Shown in pieces: positions 30,192 to 39,837 of a DNA stretch of 64,000 bases. The stretch covers positions 2,912,001-2,976,000 of the forward strand of contig CP182352.1 in assembly GCA_048571215.1 (NCBI GenBank), in the 5' to 3' direction. The translations under genes and the position numbers were made by a program. The notes beneath the pieces were generated by a model. It searched no databases, was not told the origin of the DNA, and saw nothing but the letters and a program-made list of their open reading frames with translations. Numbering within the stretch: the stretch's first letter is position 1; each line of letters starts with the position of its first letter. Source of the DNA: Halarcobacter sp. (lineage in GTDB: Bacteria > Campylobacterota > Campylobacteria > Campylobacterales > Arcobacteraceae).

Positions 30192-30776
30192 TTATTCAAC
30201 AAAAATAACATATCCAGATTTTGGACCATGTGCCCCTATAACTAAAGATTGTTCTATATCTGCAGTTTTAGATGGACCACTTATAAACACGCCATATGTA
30301 CTATTTTCGAAAGATATCTTTTCATATGCTTCATGCATATTGTTTACTATATCTGCTTTATTTACTACTATAATAATATTATGAGCTATAAAATATAAAC
30401 TTCTATGTCTATTTTGACTATTTTGAACCCATACAGCACCATTTTCAGCAACTGCAAATTCACCTTTTACAACAGCTAGTTCTAAATCTTTTAGAGTATG
30501 TGGTAACTCTTGCTCATTTGCATCTAAGTTTGATAAAGTAAAACCTTCAACATTTGAAGCTATTACTTTTAATTGGGGATATAAACCCTTTATTGTTTCG
30601 TCTAATTGCTCTTTTTTTATACAAATAGCTTCTCCACCAACACTTTTTACCATCTCTTTAAATTTTTCAATCTTGTTTTCATATGTTATACCAAAGTTCA
30701 GAAAATCTGGCAATGAAGTATTTTTTACAACATTATTATTTTTAATACTACTTAAAATTTCATCTCTACTACTCAT
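30192..30776 (-). CDS. lutC: L-lactate utilisation protein LutC/LldG
   Basis: AVAENGAVW, FISGPSKTADIEQSLVIGAHGP. Confidence 0.92.
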   Translation of the reverse strand: MSSRDEILSSIKNNNVVKNTSLPDFLNFGITYENKIEKFKEMVKSVGGEAICIKKEQLDETIKGLYPQLKVIASNVEGFTLSNLDANEQELPHTLKDLELAVVKGEFAVAENGAVWVQNSQNRHRSLYFIAHNIIIVVNKADIVNNMHEAYEKISFENSTYGVFISGPSKTADIEQSLVIGAHGPKSGYVIFVE

Positions 30777-32143
30777 TTTTTCTCCTCTTTATATAACTCT
30801 TTAAAACTTTTTGATGGCATGTTTGGAATATCTCTTTGTTTTCCCCATACATTCATACTGTTATAAATCATCCCTTTAGGAAGTATTGGTACAAGTTTCC
30901 TTGCAATTTTTCCTACCATGCTAAATAGACTTGGATTTTTCATAAGCCATACAGCAAATTGCATCGATAATCTTTTTTTATTGCTTATAATATTTTTTTC
31001 TCTTAGGTCTTGTCTATGGGTATATAGTTGTGAATCTAAATCTATTTTTACAGGACAAACATTTGAACATGAACCACATAAACTACAAGCAAAACTTAGA
31101 GTTTTGTACTTTTTAGGGTCTCTAAAAGTTGCTAAACTTGAACCAATTGGTCCAGGGATAACATATTCATATGAGTGACCTCCACTTCTTCTATAGATAG
31201 GACAAGTATTCATACAAGCTCCACATCTAATACAATTTAAAGCTTTTTGGTATGAGTTTGATTGTAAAAATGGGGTTCTTTTATTGTCAACTATCACTAT
31301 ATGCATTTGTCCATCTTCAACTGGTCCATGAAAATGAGAAGTGTATGAAGTTATAGGTTGACCTGTAGCACTTCTAGCTAGTAGTCTTGTAAATACACTC
31401 AAATCATTCATTCTTGGAATAATCTTTTCAATCCCCATACAAGCGATATGAAGTTTTGGTAAAGAGGAACCCATATCTGCATTTCCTTCATTTGTACAAA
31501 CTACAACCCCGCCTGTTTGGGCTATGGCAAAGTTTACCCCTGTGATTCCTGCTTGGGCATTTAAAAACTTTTCTCTTAGATGGTCTCTTGCAGCTCTAGT
31601 TAAATATGTTGGATCGCTATTATCTTTATCTGTATTTAATTCTTTATGGAAAGTTTGAGCTACATCCTCTTTTTTTAGATGAATTGCTGGTAATACAATA
31701 TGAGATGGAGTCTCTTTTCTAAATTGAACAATTCTTTCTCCTAAGTCTGTATCAACGACTTCTAAACCCTTGCTTTCTAAAAATGGATTTAGATGACACT
31801 CTTCTGTTAACATAGATTTTGATTTAACAACTTGTTTTACACTGTTTTCTTTTAGAATATTATATACAATCTCATTGTGCTCTTGTGCATCTTTTGCAAA
31901 ATGAACTTTTATTCCTCTTTTATTTGCATTGGCTTCAAACTCAAGTAGGTATTTATCTAAATTTGCCATAGTGTGGGTTTTGATTTGATTAGCATATTCT
32001 CTTAAAGTTTCCCATTCAGGGATACCTTTACTTGCATTGTCTCTTTTTTCCCTTACAAACCATAAAGCTTTATCATGCCAATGCATTCTCTCATCATTTG
32101 CTACAAACTCTTTTGCTTTTTGTGGATGGTCAAAATTACTCAT
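30773..32143 (-). CDS. lutB: L-lactate utilisation Fe-S protein LutB/LldF
   Basis: KSKSMLTEE, PSHIVLPAIH, CIRCGACMNTCP, CSLCGSCSNVCP. Confidence 0.95.
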   Translation of the reverse strand: MSNFDHPQKAKEFVANDERMHWHDKALWFVREKRDNASKGIPEWETLREYANQIKTHTMANLDKYLLEFEANANKRGIKVHFAKDAQEHNEIVYNILKENSVKQVVKSKSMLTEECHLNPFLESKGLEVVDTDLGERIVQFRKETPSHIVLPAIHLKKEDVAQTFHKELNTDKDNSDPTYLTRAARDHLREKFLNAQAGITGVNFAIAQTGGVVVCTNEGNADMGSSLPKLHIACMGIEKIIPRMNDLSVFTRLLARSATGQPITSYTSHFHGPVEDGQMHIVIVDNKRTPFLQSNSYQKALNCIRCGACMNTCPIYRRSGGHSYEYVIPGPIGSSLATFRDPKKYKTLSFACSLCGSCSNVCPVKIDLDSQLYTHRQDLREKNIISNKKRLSMQFAVWLMKNPSLFSMVGKIARKLVPILPKGMIYNSMNVWGKQRDIPNMPSKSFKELYKEEKK

Positions 32144-32144
32144 T

Positions 32145-32888
32145 TTAAAACTCCCCTGCAAGAATTTCAGTTATATGCATAACCTTTATCTCTTGTTGAT
32201 TTCTATTTATTAAGCCTTCCATATGCATCAAACAAGACATATCAGCTCCTGTTATTATCTGTGCTTGAGCATCTAGGTGATCTTTGATTCTGTCTTTTCC
32301 CATAGCAACAGAGACATCCTCTTCTGTTACACAAAAAGTACCTCCAAAACCACAACACTCATCATCTCTTTTTAATTCAACAATCTCAATATCTTTTACC
32401 AATGATAGTAGATTTTTTAATTTATTATTTTGAGGGATATTTAGTTCACTAGCACTCCCTAAACCTAAAGCTCTATGTCCATGACAAGAGTTATGAATAC
32501 CAACTTTATATGGAAAGCTTACATCTAGTTTTTCTATTTTTAGTATATCGTGTAAAAATTCACACACTTCATATATAGAGGTTTTAACCTTATTATAATC
32601 AGTATTATCATCCTCAAAAAAAGGCTCATAATGTTCTTTAACCATAGTTACACAAGAACCACTTGGAGCAACTATATAATCATATGATTTAAAATTTTCA
32701 ACAAACTGGTACGCTAAATCCTTCATATCTTTAGAACACCCTGAGTTTGCCATAGGTTGTCCACAACAGGTTTGCTCCATTGGATATTCAACATCTAATC
32801 CAATGTTTTCAAGAAGTTTTAGTGTTGCCATACAACTTTTTGGGTATAACTCATTCATAAAACATGGGATAAAAAGACCTACTTTCAT
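32145..32888 (-). CDS. lutA: L-lactate utilisation protein LutA/LldE
   Basis: QTCCGQP, SGSC, CCGFGGTF, DMSCLMH. Confidence 0.95.
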   Translation of the reverse strand: MKVGLFIPCFMNELYPKSCMATLKLLENIGLDVEYPMEQTCCGQPMANSGCSKDMKDLAYQFVENFKSYDYIVAPSGSCVTMVKEHYEPFFEDDNTDYNKVKTSIYEVCEFLHDILKIEKLDVSFPYKVGIHNSCHGHRALGLGSASELNIPQNNKLKNLLSLVKDIEIVELKRDDECCGFGGTFCVTEEDVSVAMGKDRIKDHLDAQAQIITGADMSCLMHMEGLINRNQQEIKVMHITEILAGEF

Positions 32889-32921
32889 TCCTTCTCCTTA
32901 GAAGATTTTTCTAATTTTAAA

Positions 32922-32954
32922 AGTATATATTTTTTGTATGAGATAAATATGATA
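32922..32954 (-). promoter_or_regulatory. lutA promoter with direct-repeat activator site
   Basis: Minus strand TATCATA-N4-TCTCATA-N9-TATACT. Confidence 0.5.
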
Positions 32955-32955
32955 T

Positions 32956-33525
32956 TTATTTTTTTATAAAGATTGTGCAGTCATTTTCTAAATAATCATC
33001 TTTTATATAAAAATCACTTGATAATTTTTTACATAAGTTTTGTACTTCATTTTTTGATATTAGATTAAAAGAATCTTCCCTTAAGAAATTAAAAATAAAC
33101 CCTTTTTTTGAGGCCTTGTAACAGTTTTCTATTGCTCTTTTAAAATCATCTTTTACTAGTATATTTAATGCGCCACTACATATTAAGTAATCTGCTTGGG
33201 GTATTTCATCTTCTAGTACATCAACTTTTCTAAAAAATTCCCTAGAAAATCTTTTTTGGCAGATATTTATCATAAAACCTTCACAATCTATCCCTAAATA
33301 TGATTTAAAAGCTTTATTTTCATTTTTTAGATAATTAAGATATTCCCCATATCCACAGCCAACATCAATTAAGCTTGAATCTTTTAATTGATCTTTTATA
33401 AAACTTGTTAATACTTCAAATCTAATATATTGTCTGCTTTTTGAACTCCAATGAACCCCTTTTGCACTAATTCCATATTTTTCATAAGCTTTTTTATAAA
33501 ACTTTTTATTATCTACTTTTTTCAT
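32956..33525 (-). CDS. Class I SAM-dependent methyltransferase
   Basis: LIDVGCGYG motif I, YLGID, DYLICSG. Confidence 0.88.
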   Translation of the reverse strand: MKKVDNKKFYKKAYEKYGISAKGVHWSSKSRQYIRFEVLTSFIKDQLKDSSLIDVGCGYGEYLNYLKNENKAFKSYLGIDCEGFMINICQKRFSREFFRKVDVLEDEIPQADYLICSGALNILVKDDFKRAIENCYKASKKGFIFNFLREDSFNLISKNEVQNLCKKLSSDFYIKDDYLENDCTIFIKK

Positions 33526-33528
33526 ATA

Positions 33529-33963
33529 TTAATTTAATTTCTCTATTATTACACCATTATCTTTAATGAATTTAGAGATTATATCAGAGTTGTTATGTTC
33601 ATATGATTTATCGTAAACTATCCTTTTAATACCTGCTGCAATTAGATTCTTTGAACATTCACTACAAGGTTCAAGGGTTACGTAAATAGTTGCATCTTCT
33701 ATAGATATACCTTTTCTTGCAGCCCAAATAAGAGCATTCATCTCTGCATGGATTTCATAGGTTTTTGACCATTCATGATGATCTTTTGTATACTCTCCAT
33801 TCCAATGTGTACTACAATTTGTATAACCAGCAGGAGTTCCATTGTAACCGGTTGATAGAATTCTTCCATCTTTTACTATCACTGCTCCAACTTGTTTTGA
33901 AACACATTTGGAAGCACTTGCTATCTCATGTGCAATATTTATAAAATTTTTATCAGTTATCAT
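33529..33963 (-). CDS. dCMP deaminase (ComEB family)
   Basis: STGYNGTPAG, HAEMNA, PCSEC zinc motif. Confidence 0.93.
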   Translation of the reverse strand: MITDKNFINIAHEIASASKCVSKQVGAVIVKDGRILSTGYNGTPAGYTNCSTHWNGEYTKDHHEWSKTYEIHAEMNALIWAARKGISIEDATIYVTLEPCSECSKNLIAAGIKRIVYDKSYEHNNSDIISKFIKDNGVIIEKLN

Positions 33964-34173
33964 CTATCTACCTCTTAAGTTACATATTAATTGCATGTTA
34001 ATTGCATAAAAAATGTAATTTTAATTTTATTCAATTTTTTTAAAATTTTTAATGATTTTACTCTAATTTGATATAGTTTTAACTAAAAAAAGTGCAAAAA
34101 TTTAAATTTGTAAAAGATTTTGTAACTATAATTATGCTATTATTTCCAAAATTTTAATTATAAAAGGTTTGAT

Positions 34174-34641
34174 ATGGATTTTAAAGAGATAAAAGAACTA
34201 ATCAGAGTATTCGATAAAAGTGAATTAAATAAACTAAAAGTAAAAGAGGGTGAATTTGAAGTTTCAATGCAAAAAGGTTTTGAAGGTTCTACTGTAGTTA
34301 CAAGTACACCAGCTTATAATGCACCAGCTCCAGTTGCACAAGTTGCAGCTCCTGCTCCTGTTGCTCAAGCTGCAAGTGAAGCACCATCTACTGCTATTCA
34401 AGGTGAAACTATCAACTCTCCAATGGTAGGTACATATTATTCATCTCCATCACCAGGTGCTGCTGCATTTATTAAAGAGGGAGATACAGTTAAAAAAGGT
34501 CAAACTTTATGTATTTTAGAAGCAATGAAGATAATGAATGAAGTTGAAGCTGAATTTGATTGTAAGATTGTAAGTATGCTAGTTGAAAACGGGAACCCAG
34601 TAGAGTACGATATGCCTCTATTCGTAATTGAAAAATTATAA
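34174..34641 (+). CDS. accB: Biotin carboxyl carrier protein
   Basis: SPMVGT, EAMKIMNE, Ala/Pro-rich linker. Confidence 0.97.
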   Translation: MDFKEIKELIRVFDKSELNKLKVKEGEFEVSMQKGFEGSTVVTSTPAYNAPAPVAQVAAPAPVAQAASEAPSTAIQGETINSPMVGTYYSSPSPGAAAFIKEGDTVKKGQTLCILEAMKIMNEVEAEFDCKIVSMLVENGNPVEYDMPLFVIEKL

Positions 34642-34654
34642 TAAAGATTAATAA

Positions 34655-36007
34655 ATGGCAGAAATAAAAAAAATATTAATAGCAAATAGAGGGGAAATAG
34701 TTCAAAGAGCTATTAGAACTATTCGAGAAATGGGAAAAAAATCTGTTGCTATTTATAGTGCAGGTGATAAAGAGGCTTCATACCTAAAACATGCAGATGA
34801 GGCAATCTGTATTGGTGATGTTAAATCAATAGATTCATACTTAAATATTCCTGCAATTATTACAGCAGCAGAGATAACAGGTTGTGATGCAATTTTCCCA
34901 GGATATGGATTTTTATCAGAAAATCAAGACTTTGTTGAGATTTGTAGATTACATAATGTAAAGTTCATTGGTCCATCTGTAGAAGTTATGGAAAAAATGG
35001 CTGATAAATCAAAAGCAAAAGAAGAGATGATAAGAGCTGGCGTTCCTGTAGTACCAGGAAGTGATGGAGCTGTTCATTCTGTTGAAGAGGGTAAAAAAGT
35101 TGCAGCTGAGATTGGCTATCCTATTATGGCAAAAGCATCTGCTGGTGGCGGTGGTAGAGGTATGAGACTAATTGAAAGTGAAGAGAAGTTTGAACAACTT
35201 TTTACTGCAGCATCCTCAGAAGCCCTTGCCGCATTTGGTGATGGAACTATGTATTTAGAAAGATTTATCAATAAACCAAGACATATTGAGGTTCAAGTTA
35301 TTGGTGACTCACATGGAAATGCTATTCATATTGGGGAAAGAGATTGTTCTTTACAAAGAAGACATCAAAAAGTTATTGAAGAATCTCCTGCAATTCTATT
35401 AAATGATGAAACAAGAGCCCATCTGCATGATGTTGCGGTTAAAGCAACTAAATATCTTAAATATGAAGGTGCAGGTACATTTGAATTTTTAGCTGATGAT
35501 AGTCAAAATATCTATTTCATGGAGATGAATACAAGACTTCAAGTTGAACATCCTGTTTCTGAAATGGTTTCAGGTCTTGATATTATAGAATGGATGATAA
35601 AAGTAGCAGAAGGGGATGAGTTACCACCTCAAGAGGCTATCAAATTTAGAGGCCATGCGATAGAGTGTAGAATCACAGCAGAAGACCCAAACTCTTTTTT
35701 ACCAAGTCCAGGAAAAGTAACTCAATGGATGGTTCCAGGGGGAAGAAACGTTAGAGTTGACTCACATGTTTATACAAACTATGTGGTACCTCCATATTAT
35801 GATTCAATGATTGGTAAATTGATTGTTTGGGGAAGAAGTAGAGAAAAAGCAATCAACATTATGAAAAGAGCTCTAAATGAGTTTGAAGTTGAGGGTATTA
35901 GAACTACTATTCCTTTTCATCAAAAAATGATGGAAAATGAAGATTTCATTAACAATACATACGATACTAAATATTTAGAAAACTATAAAAATTTAGATCA
36001 ACTATAA
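34655..36007 (+). CDS. accC: Biotin carboxylase
   Basis: IANRGE, GGGGRGMR, EMNTRLQVEH, YYDSMIGK. Confidence 0.97.
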   Translation: MAEIKKILIANRGEIVQRAIRTIREMGKKSVAIYSAGDKEASYLKHADEAICIGDVKSIDSYLNIPAIITAAEITGCDAIFPGYGFLSENQDFVEICRLHNVKFIGPSVEVMEKMADKSKAKEEMIRAGVPVVPGSDGAVHSVEEGKKVAAEIGYPIMAKASAGGGGRGMRLIESEEKFEQLFTAASSEALAAFGDGTMYLERFINKPRHIEVQVIGDSHGNAIHIGERDCSLQRRHQKVIEESPAILLNDETRAHLHDVAVKATKYLKYEGAGTFEFLADDSQNIYFMEMNTRLQVEHPVSEMVSGLDIIEWMIKVAEGDELPPQEAIKFRGHAIECRITAEDPNSFLPSPGKVTQWMVPGGRNVRVDSHVYTNYVVPPYYDSMIGKLIVWGRSREKAINIMKRALNEFEVEGIRTTIPFHQKMMENEDFINNTYDTKYLENYKNLDQL

Positions 36008-36016
36008 TAATTGAAA

Positions 36017-36044
36017 AGTAGGAGAAGAGCTCTCTTTTCCTACT
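36017..36044 (+). terminator. accBC terminator hairpin
   Basis: AGTAGGAGAAGAG-CT-CTCTTTTCCTACT. Confidence 0.6.
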
Positions 36045-36248
36045 ACATCTACCACAAAAGCATATATTTATAATTATTTAGATACAATGGGCGAAATTAT
36101 ACACATATATTTACTATTTGTTACTTTGAGTTTCGTTTTCAAAGCCTAGCTTTCACTCTAAGCATTCAGTTTTTTAAGAAAATTCTATAATAGAATCTAA
36201 AGTTTATATTCGTGTATCAATTTTATATTATACACAAAAAGGCAATAG

Positions 36249-37709
36249 ATGACTTTTAAAGATTTTAACTTTAAAGATAGCTTACAAAAAGCTATAAATG
36301 ATGCTGGTTTTAAAGAACCAAGTCCAATACAAGCAGATGCAATACCAGTAGTATTACAGGGTAAAGATATGGTTGGACAAGCACAAACTGGTACTGGTAA
36401 AACAGCCGCTTTTGGTTTACCAATTATAAATATGATGAAAGGTAACGCTGGTGTTGAAGCTGTAGTTATCGTTCCAACAAGAGAACTTGCAATGCAAGTA
36501 TCTGATGAACTGTTTAGATTCGGTAAGATTTCTGGAATGAATACAGCCACAGTTTATGGTGGTCAATCATATAATATGCAATTAAGAAATATTGATAGAG
36601 CATCAATTATTGTTGCAACTCCTGGAAGATTAATTGACTTATTAAAAGGTAAGAAGATTGAAATAAAACCATCTTTTGTAGTTTTAGATGAAGCTGATGA
36701 GATGTTAGATATGGGATTTCTTGATGACATTAAAGAGATTTTTACATATTTGCCAAAAGATAGACAAACACTACTATTCTCTGCAACAATGCCACAAGCT
36801 ATTAAAAAACTTGCACAAAATATTTTAAAAGAGCCAGAGTTTATTACAGTTACAAAAGCTGAAATGACAAACTCTAAAATTACTCAAAGCTTTTATGTTG
36901 TTGATGAATATGAGAGAGATGATGCTTTAATTAGACTTTATGATTTCAAAAATCCTGAAAAATCTATCATTTTCTGTAGAACTAAAAAAGAAGTTGATAG
37001 ATTATCAACATTTTTAGTTTCTCAAGGACATATGGCAAAAGGTCTTCATGGTGACATGGAACAAAGACAAAGAGAAGAGGTAATCAAATCGTTTAAAAAA
37101 GGTGCCTTAGATGTACTAATTGCTACGGATGTTGCAGCAAGAGGACTTGATGTAAATGATGTTTCTCATGTATTTAATTACCATTTACCATTTGATACTG
37201 AATCTTATGTACATAGAATTGGTAGAACAGGAAGAGCTGGAAAAGAAGGTGTTGCTGTATCAATTGTAACTCCACATGAATTTAGAATGATTCAAAAAAT
37301 CCAAAGTTCAACTGGTGGAAAACTTGAAGCAAAAGTTATACCTAATATTAGTTCAGTAAAAGAGAAAAAAACTGATAGTTTAAAATCAAAAATTGATGAA
37401 CAAAAAGTTTATGATTCGGGGATTGCTTTAGTTGAATCTTTAAAAGAAACATATGACTTATCTACTATAGCTCATAAATTAGCTTCAATGCTAACTAACT
37501 CTACATATGTAAAAGGTAGTAACTATATTGGTAAATCAGAAATTGATATCCAAAGACTTTTTGATAGACTAAAAAATGACAACTCATCAGATAGAAATAG
37601 TAGAGGTGGTAGAAGAAACTCAAGAGGTGGAGGAAGTTCTGGAAGAGGAAACTTTAGAAATAGACGTAACTCTTCATCTAGAAATAGAAATAGTTCCCCA
37701 AAAAGATAA
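36249..37709 (+). CDS. DEAD-box RNA helicase (CshA/DeaD-like)
   Basis: AQTGTGKT, PTRELA, DEAD, SAT, HRIGRTGRAG; Arg/Gly/Ser-rich tail. Confidence 0.97.
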   Translation: MTFKDFNFKDSLQKAINDAGFKEPSPIQADAIPVVLQGKDMVGQAQTGTGKTAAFGLPIINMMKGNAGVEAVVIVPTRELAMQVSDELFRFGKISGMNTATVYGGQSYNMQLRNIDRASIIVATPGRLIDLLKGKKIEIKPSFVVLDEADEMLDMGFLDDIKEIFTYLPKDRQTLLFSATMPQAIKKLAQNILKEPEFITVTKAEMTNSKITQSFYVVDEYERDDALIRLYDFKNPEKSIIFCRTKKEVDRLSTFLVSQGHMAKGLHGDMEQRQREEVIKSFKKGALDVLIATDVAARGLDVNDVSHVFNYHLPFDTESYVHRIGRTGRAGKEGVAVSIVTPHEFRMIQKIQSSTGGKLEAKVIPNISSVKEKKTDSLKSKIDEQKVYDSGIALVESLKETYDLSTIAHKLASMLTNSTYVKGSNYIGKSEIDIQRLFDRLKNDNSSDRNSRGGRRNSRGGGSSGRGNFRNRRNSSSRNRNSSPKR

Positions 37710-37726
37710 AAAGAGATTTTCTCTTT

Positions 37727-37936
37727 TTATCTATAATGTTTTTTTAAAACCCTTCTAGCTTTTTTAAACGCAGCCTTAGTATCTCTACCAAAGCCTCTAA
37801 AGGCACCATCTTTATTAAAAAATTCAACCATTTCTAGTTTACCTTTTTTTATAATCACAGCTCTGAAGATATTAAATTCTTTTTTTACTTTAGAAACTTC
37901 TGGATAACTCTCTTTTGTAAGTATACTTATACTCAT
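37727..37936 (-). CDS. Small basic hypothetical protein
   Basis: 69 aa ORF with RBS AAGGAG; converges on the helicase terminator hairpin. Confidence 0.7.
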   Translation of the reverse strand: MSISILTKESYPEVSKVKKEFNIFRAVIIKKGKLEMVEFFNKDGAFRGFGRDTKAAFKKARRVLKKHYR

Positions 37937-38201
37937 TTTGTCTCCTTTTATATATTTTCTCTATATTTTATGGGTATTCTATACAAATTTATGAATTTTG
38001 TCAAGTCTAATTAAAAAAATATAAAATAAGTAATTGAATTTTGACTTAAATTTCGAAAAAAATATGGAATAATTTATAGAGAATACAAATAATATACATA
38101 GCTTAGTAATATTAAATTTAAGTTTAATTAAAGATTATATAAAGAAATATCCATTACAATCCTACAAAACTTTAATTACAAATTGGTTACAAAGGATTAT
38201 T

Positions 38202-39782
38202 TTGGATATAAAAACAATAGATACCTTCGACAGAGCTACTGATAAAACACTCCCAACATTTGCTAAATTATCACTAAGTTTACTTTTTGTTTTAGTTGTA
38301 TTTTTATGGAGTTACACATCTCATGGGGATATGCATAATAATACATTTTTAATTATTGGTGCAGTATTTGGTGCATATATGGCAATGAATATTGGGGCAA
38401 ATGATGTGGCAAATAATGTGGGTCCAGCAGTTGGTTCAAAAGCTATGACTATGATGTGGGCAATAGTTTTAGCAGCTGTTTTTGAAACAGCTGGAGCTTT
38501 TATAGCTGGAGGTGATGTTGTTAAAACAATTAAAAAAGGGATTATAGACCCAGCTTTAATTGAAAATCCTGATGTTTTTATTTGGGCTATGACAGCTGCG
38601 TTGTTAGCAGCAGCTATGTGGCTTAACTTTGCAACTTCTGTTGGAGCACCAGTATCAACTACACACTCAATTGTTGGTGGTGTTATGGGAGCAGGAATCG
38701 CAGCAGCGGGATTTGATATTGTTTCATGGGAAACAATGGGTAAAATTGCTGCTTCTTGGGTTATATCCCCTATTCTTGGTGGAATTATAGCCGCCGCATT
38801 TTTATACTTTATTAAAATGAAAATTATATACCAAAAAGATTTATTGGCATCCGCAAGAAAATTTGTACCTATATTAGTAGCCTTCATGTCTTGGGCTTTT
38901 TCTACCTATCTAATACTAAAAGGTATTAAAAAATTAATCAAACTTGACTTTTTTTCTGCTGCTGCCATTGCAATTGTAATAGCAGTCTTAATTTATGTTT
39001 TGATTAAACCAATGATAATAAAAGTTTCAAAAAAGATTAAAAATGATAGAGAAGGGGTAAATTCACTTTTTACTATCCCTTTAATTTTTGCTGCTGCCTT
39101 ACTTTCATTTGCCCATGGAGCAAATGATGTTGCAAATGCAATTGGACCACTTGCTGCTATAAATGATGCAGTTATAAATGCTGGAATCTCTTCAAAAGTT
39201 GGTATACCTTTTTGGGTTATGGCTGTTGGTGCTATTGGAATCTCATTGGGGCTTGTATTATATGGTCCAAGATTGATTAAAACTGTTGGTAGTGAGATTA
39301 CTGAGCTTGATCAAATTAGAGCTTTCTGTATTGCTATGGCTGCTGCTATCACTGTTATTATAGCTTCTCAACTAGGTCTTCCTGTATCTTCAACACATAT
39401 TGCTGTGGGAGGGGTATTTGGAGTAGGTTTTTTAAGAGAATGGTTAGATTCAAGTGAAGAGAAATTTTTAAAAGATGTAAGAACAAAATTTAAAAAAGAT
39501 AAAAAAACACTTGATGATTATCAAGATGAGCTTATAAAATTAGAAAAACTTGATAAAAAAAGTAAATCTGATTATATAAGAATTGCTGAGCTTTACAAGA
39601 AAATTGAAGAAAAAGAGGAACTTGTAAAAGAGGAAAAAAGAGAATTTAAATCTGCTAAAAGAGTTAAATATGTAAAAAGAGATGCGGTAAAAAAAATAAT
39701 TGCTGCTTGGATTATTACAGTACCAGCAGCTGCTGTTTTATCTGCTGCTATTTTCTTTATGATAAAAGGTATCATGGGATAA
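38202..39782 (+). CDS. PiT-family inorganic phosphate transporter
   Basis: GANDVAN twice, PVSTTH/PVSSTH; TTG start after AAGGA. Confidence 0.95.
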   Translation: MDIKTIDTFDRATDKTLPTFAKLSLSLLFVLVVFLWSYTSHGDMHNNTFLIIGAVFGAYMAMNIGANDVANNVGPAVGSKAMTMMWAIVLAAVFETAGAFIAGGDVVKTIKKGIIDPALIENPDVFIWAMTAALLAAAMWLNFATSVGAPVSTTHSIVGGVMGAGIAAAGFDIVSWETMGKIAASWVISPILGGIIAAAFLYFIKMKIIYQKDLLASARKFVPILVAFMSWAFSTYLILKGIKKLIKLDFFSAAAIAIVIAVLIYVLIKPMIIKVSKKIKNDREGVNSLFTIPLIFAAALLSFAHGANDVANAIGPLAAINDAVINAGISSKVGIPFWVMAVGAIGISLGLVLYGPRLIKTVGSEITELDQIRAFCIAMAAAITVIIASQLGLPVSSTHIAVGGVFGVGFLREWLDSSEEKFLKDVRTKFKKDKKTLDDYQDELIKLEKLDKKSKSDYIRIAELYKKIEEKEELVKEEKREFKSAKRVKYVKRDAVKKIIAAWIITVPAAAVLSAAIFFMIKGIMG

Positions 39783-39837
39783 AAGCTTTTAAACTACTTT
39801 TTTTTGGTAAAATTCCTTTTTTAAAAAAGGAATTTTT

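Noticed and set aside
38321..38887. 188-aa antisense ORF and other shadow ORFs (e.g. 18749-19243, 12145-12540, 56715-57068)
   Set aside because: Antisense overlaps of well-supported genes with no independent motifs
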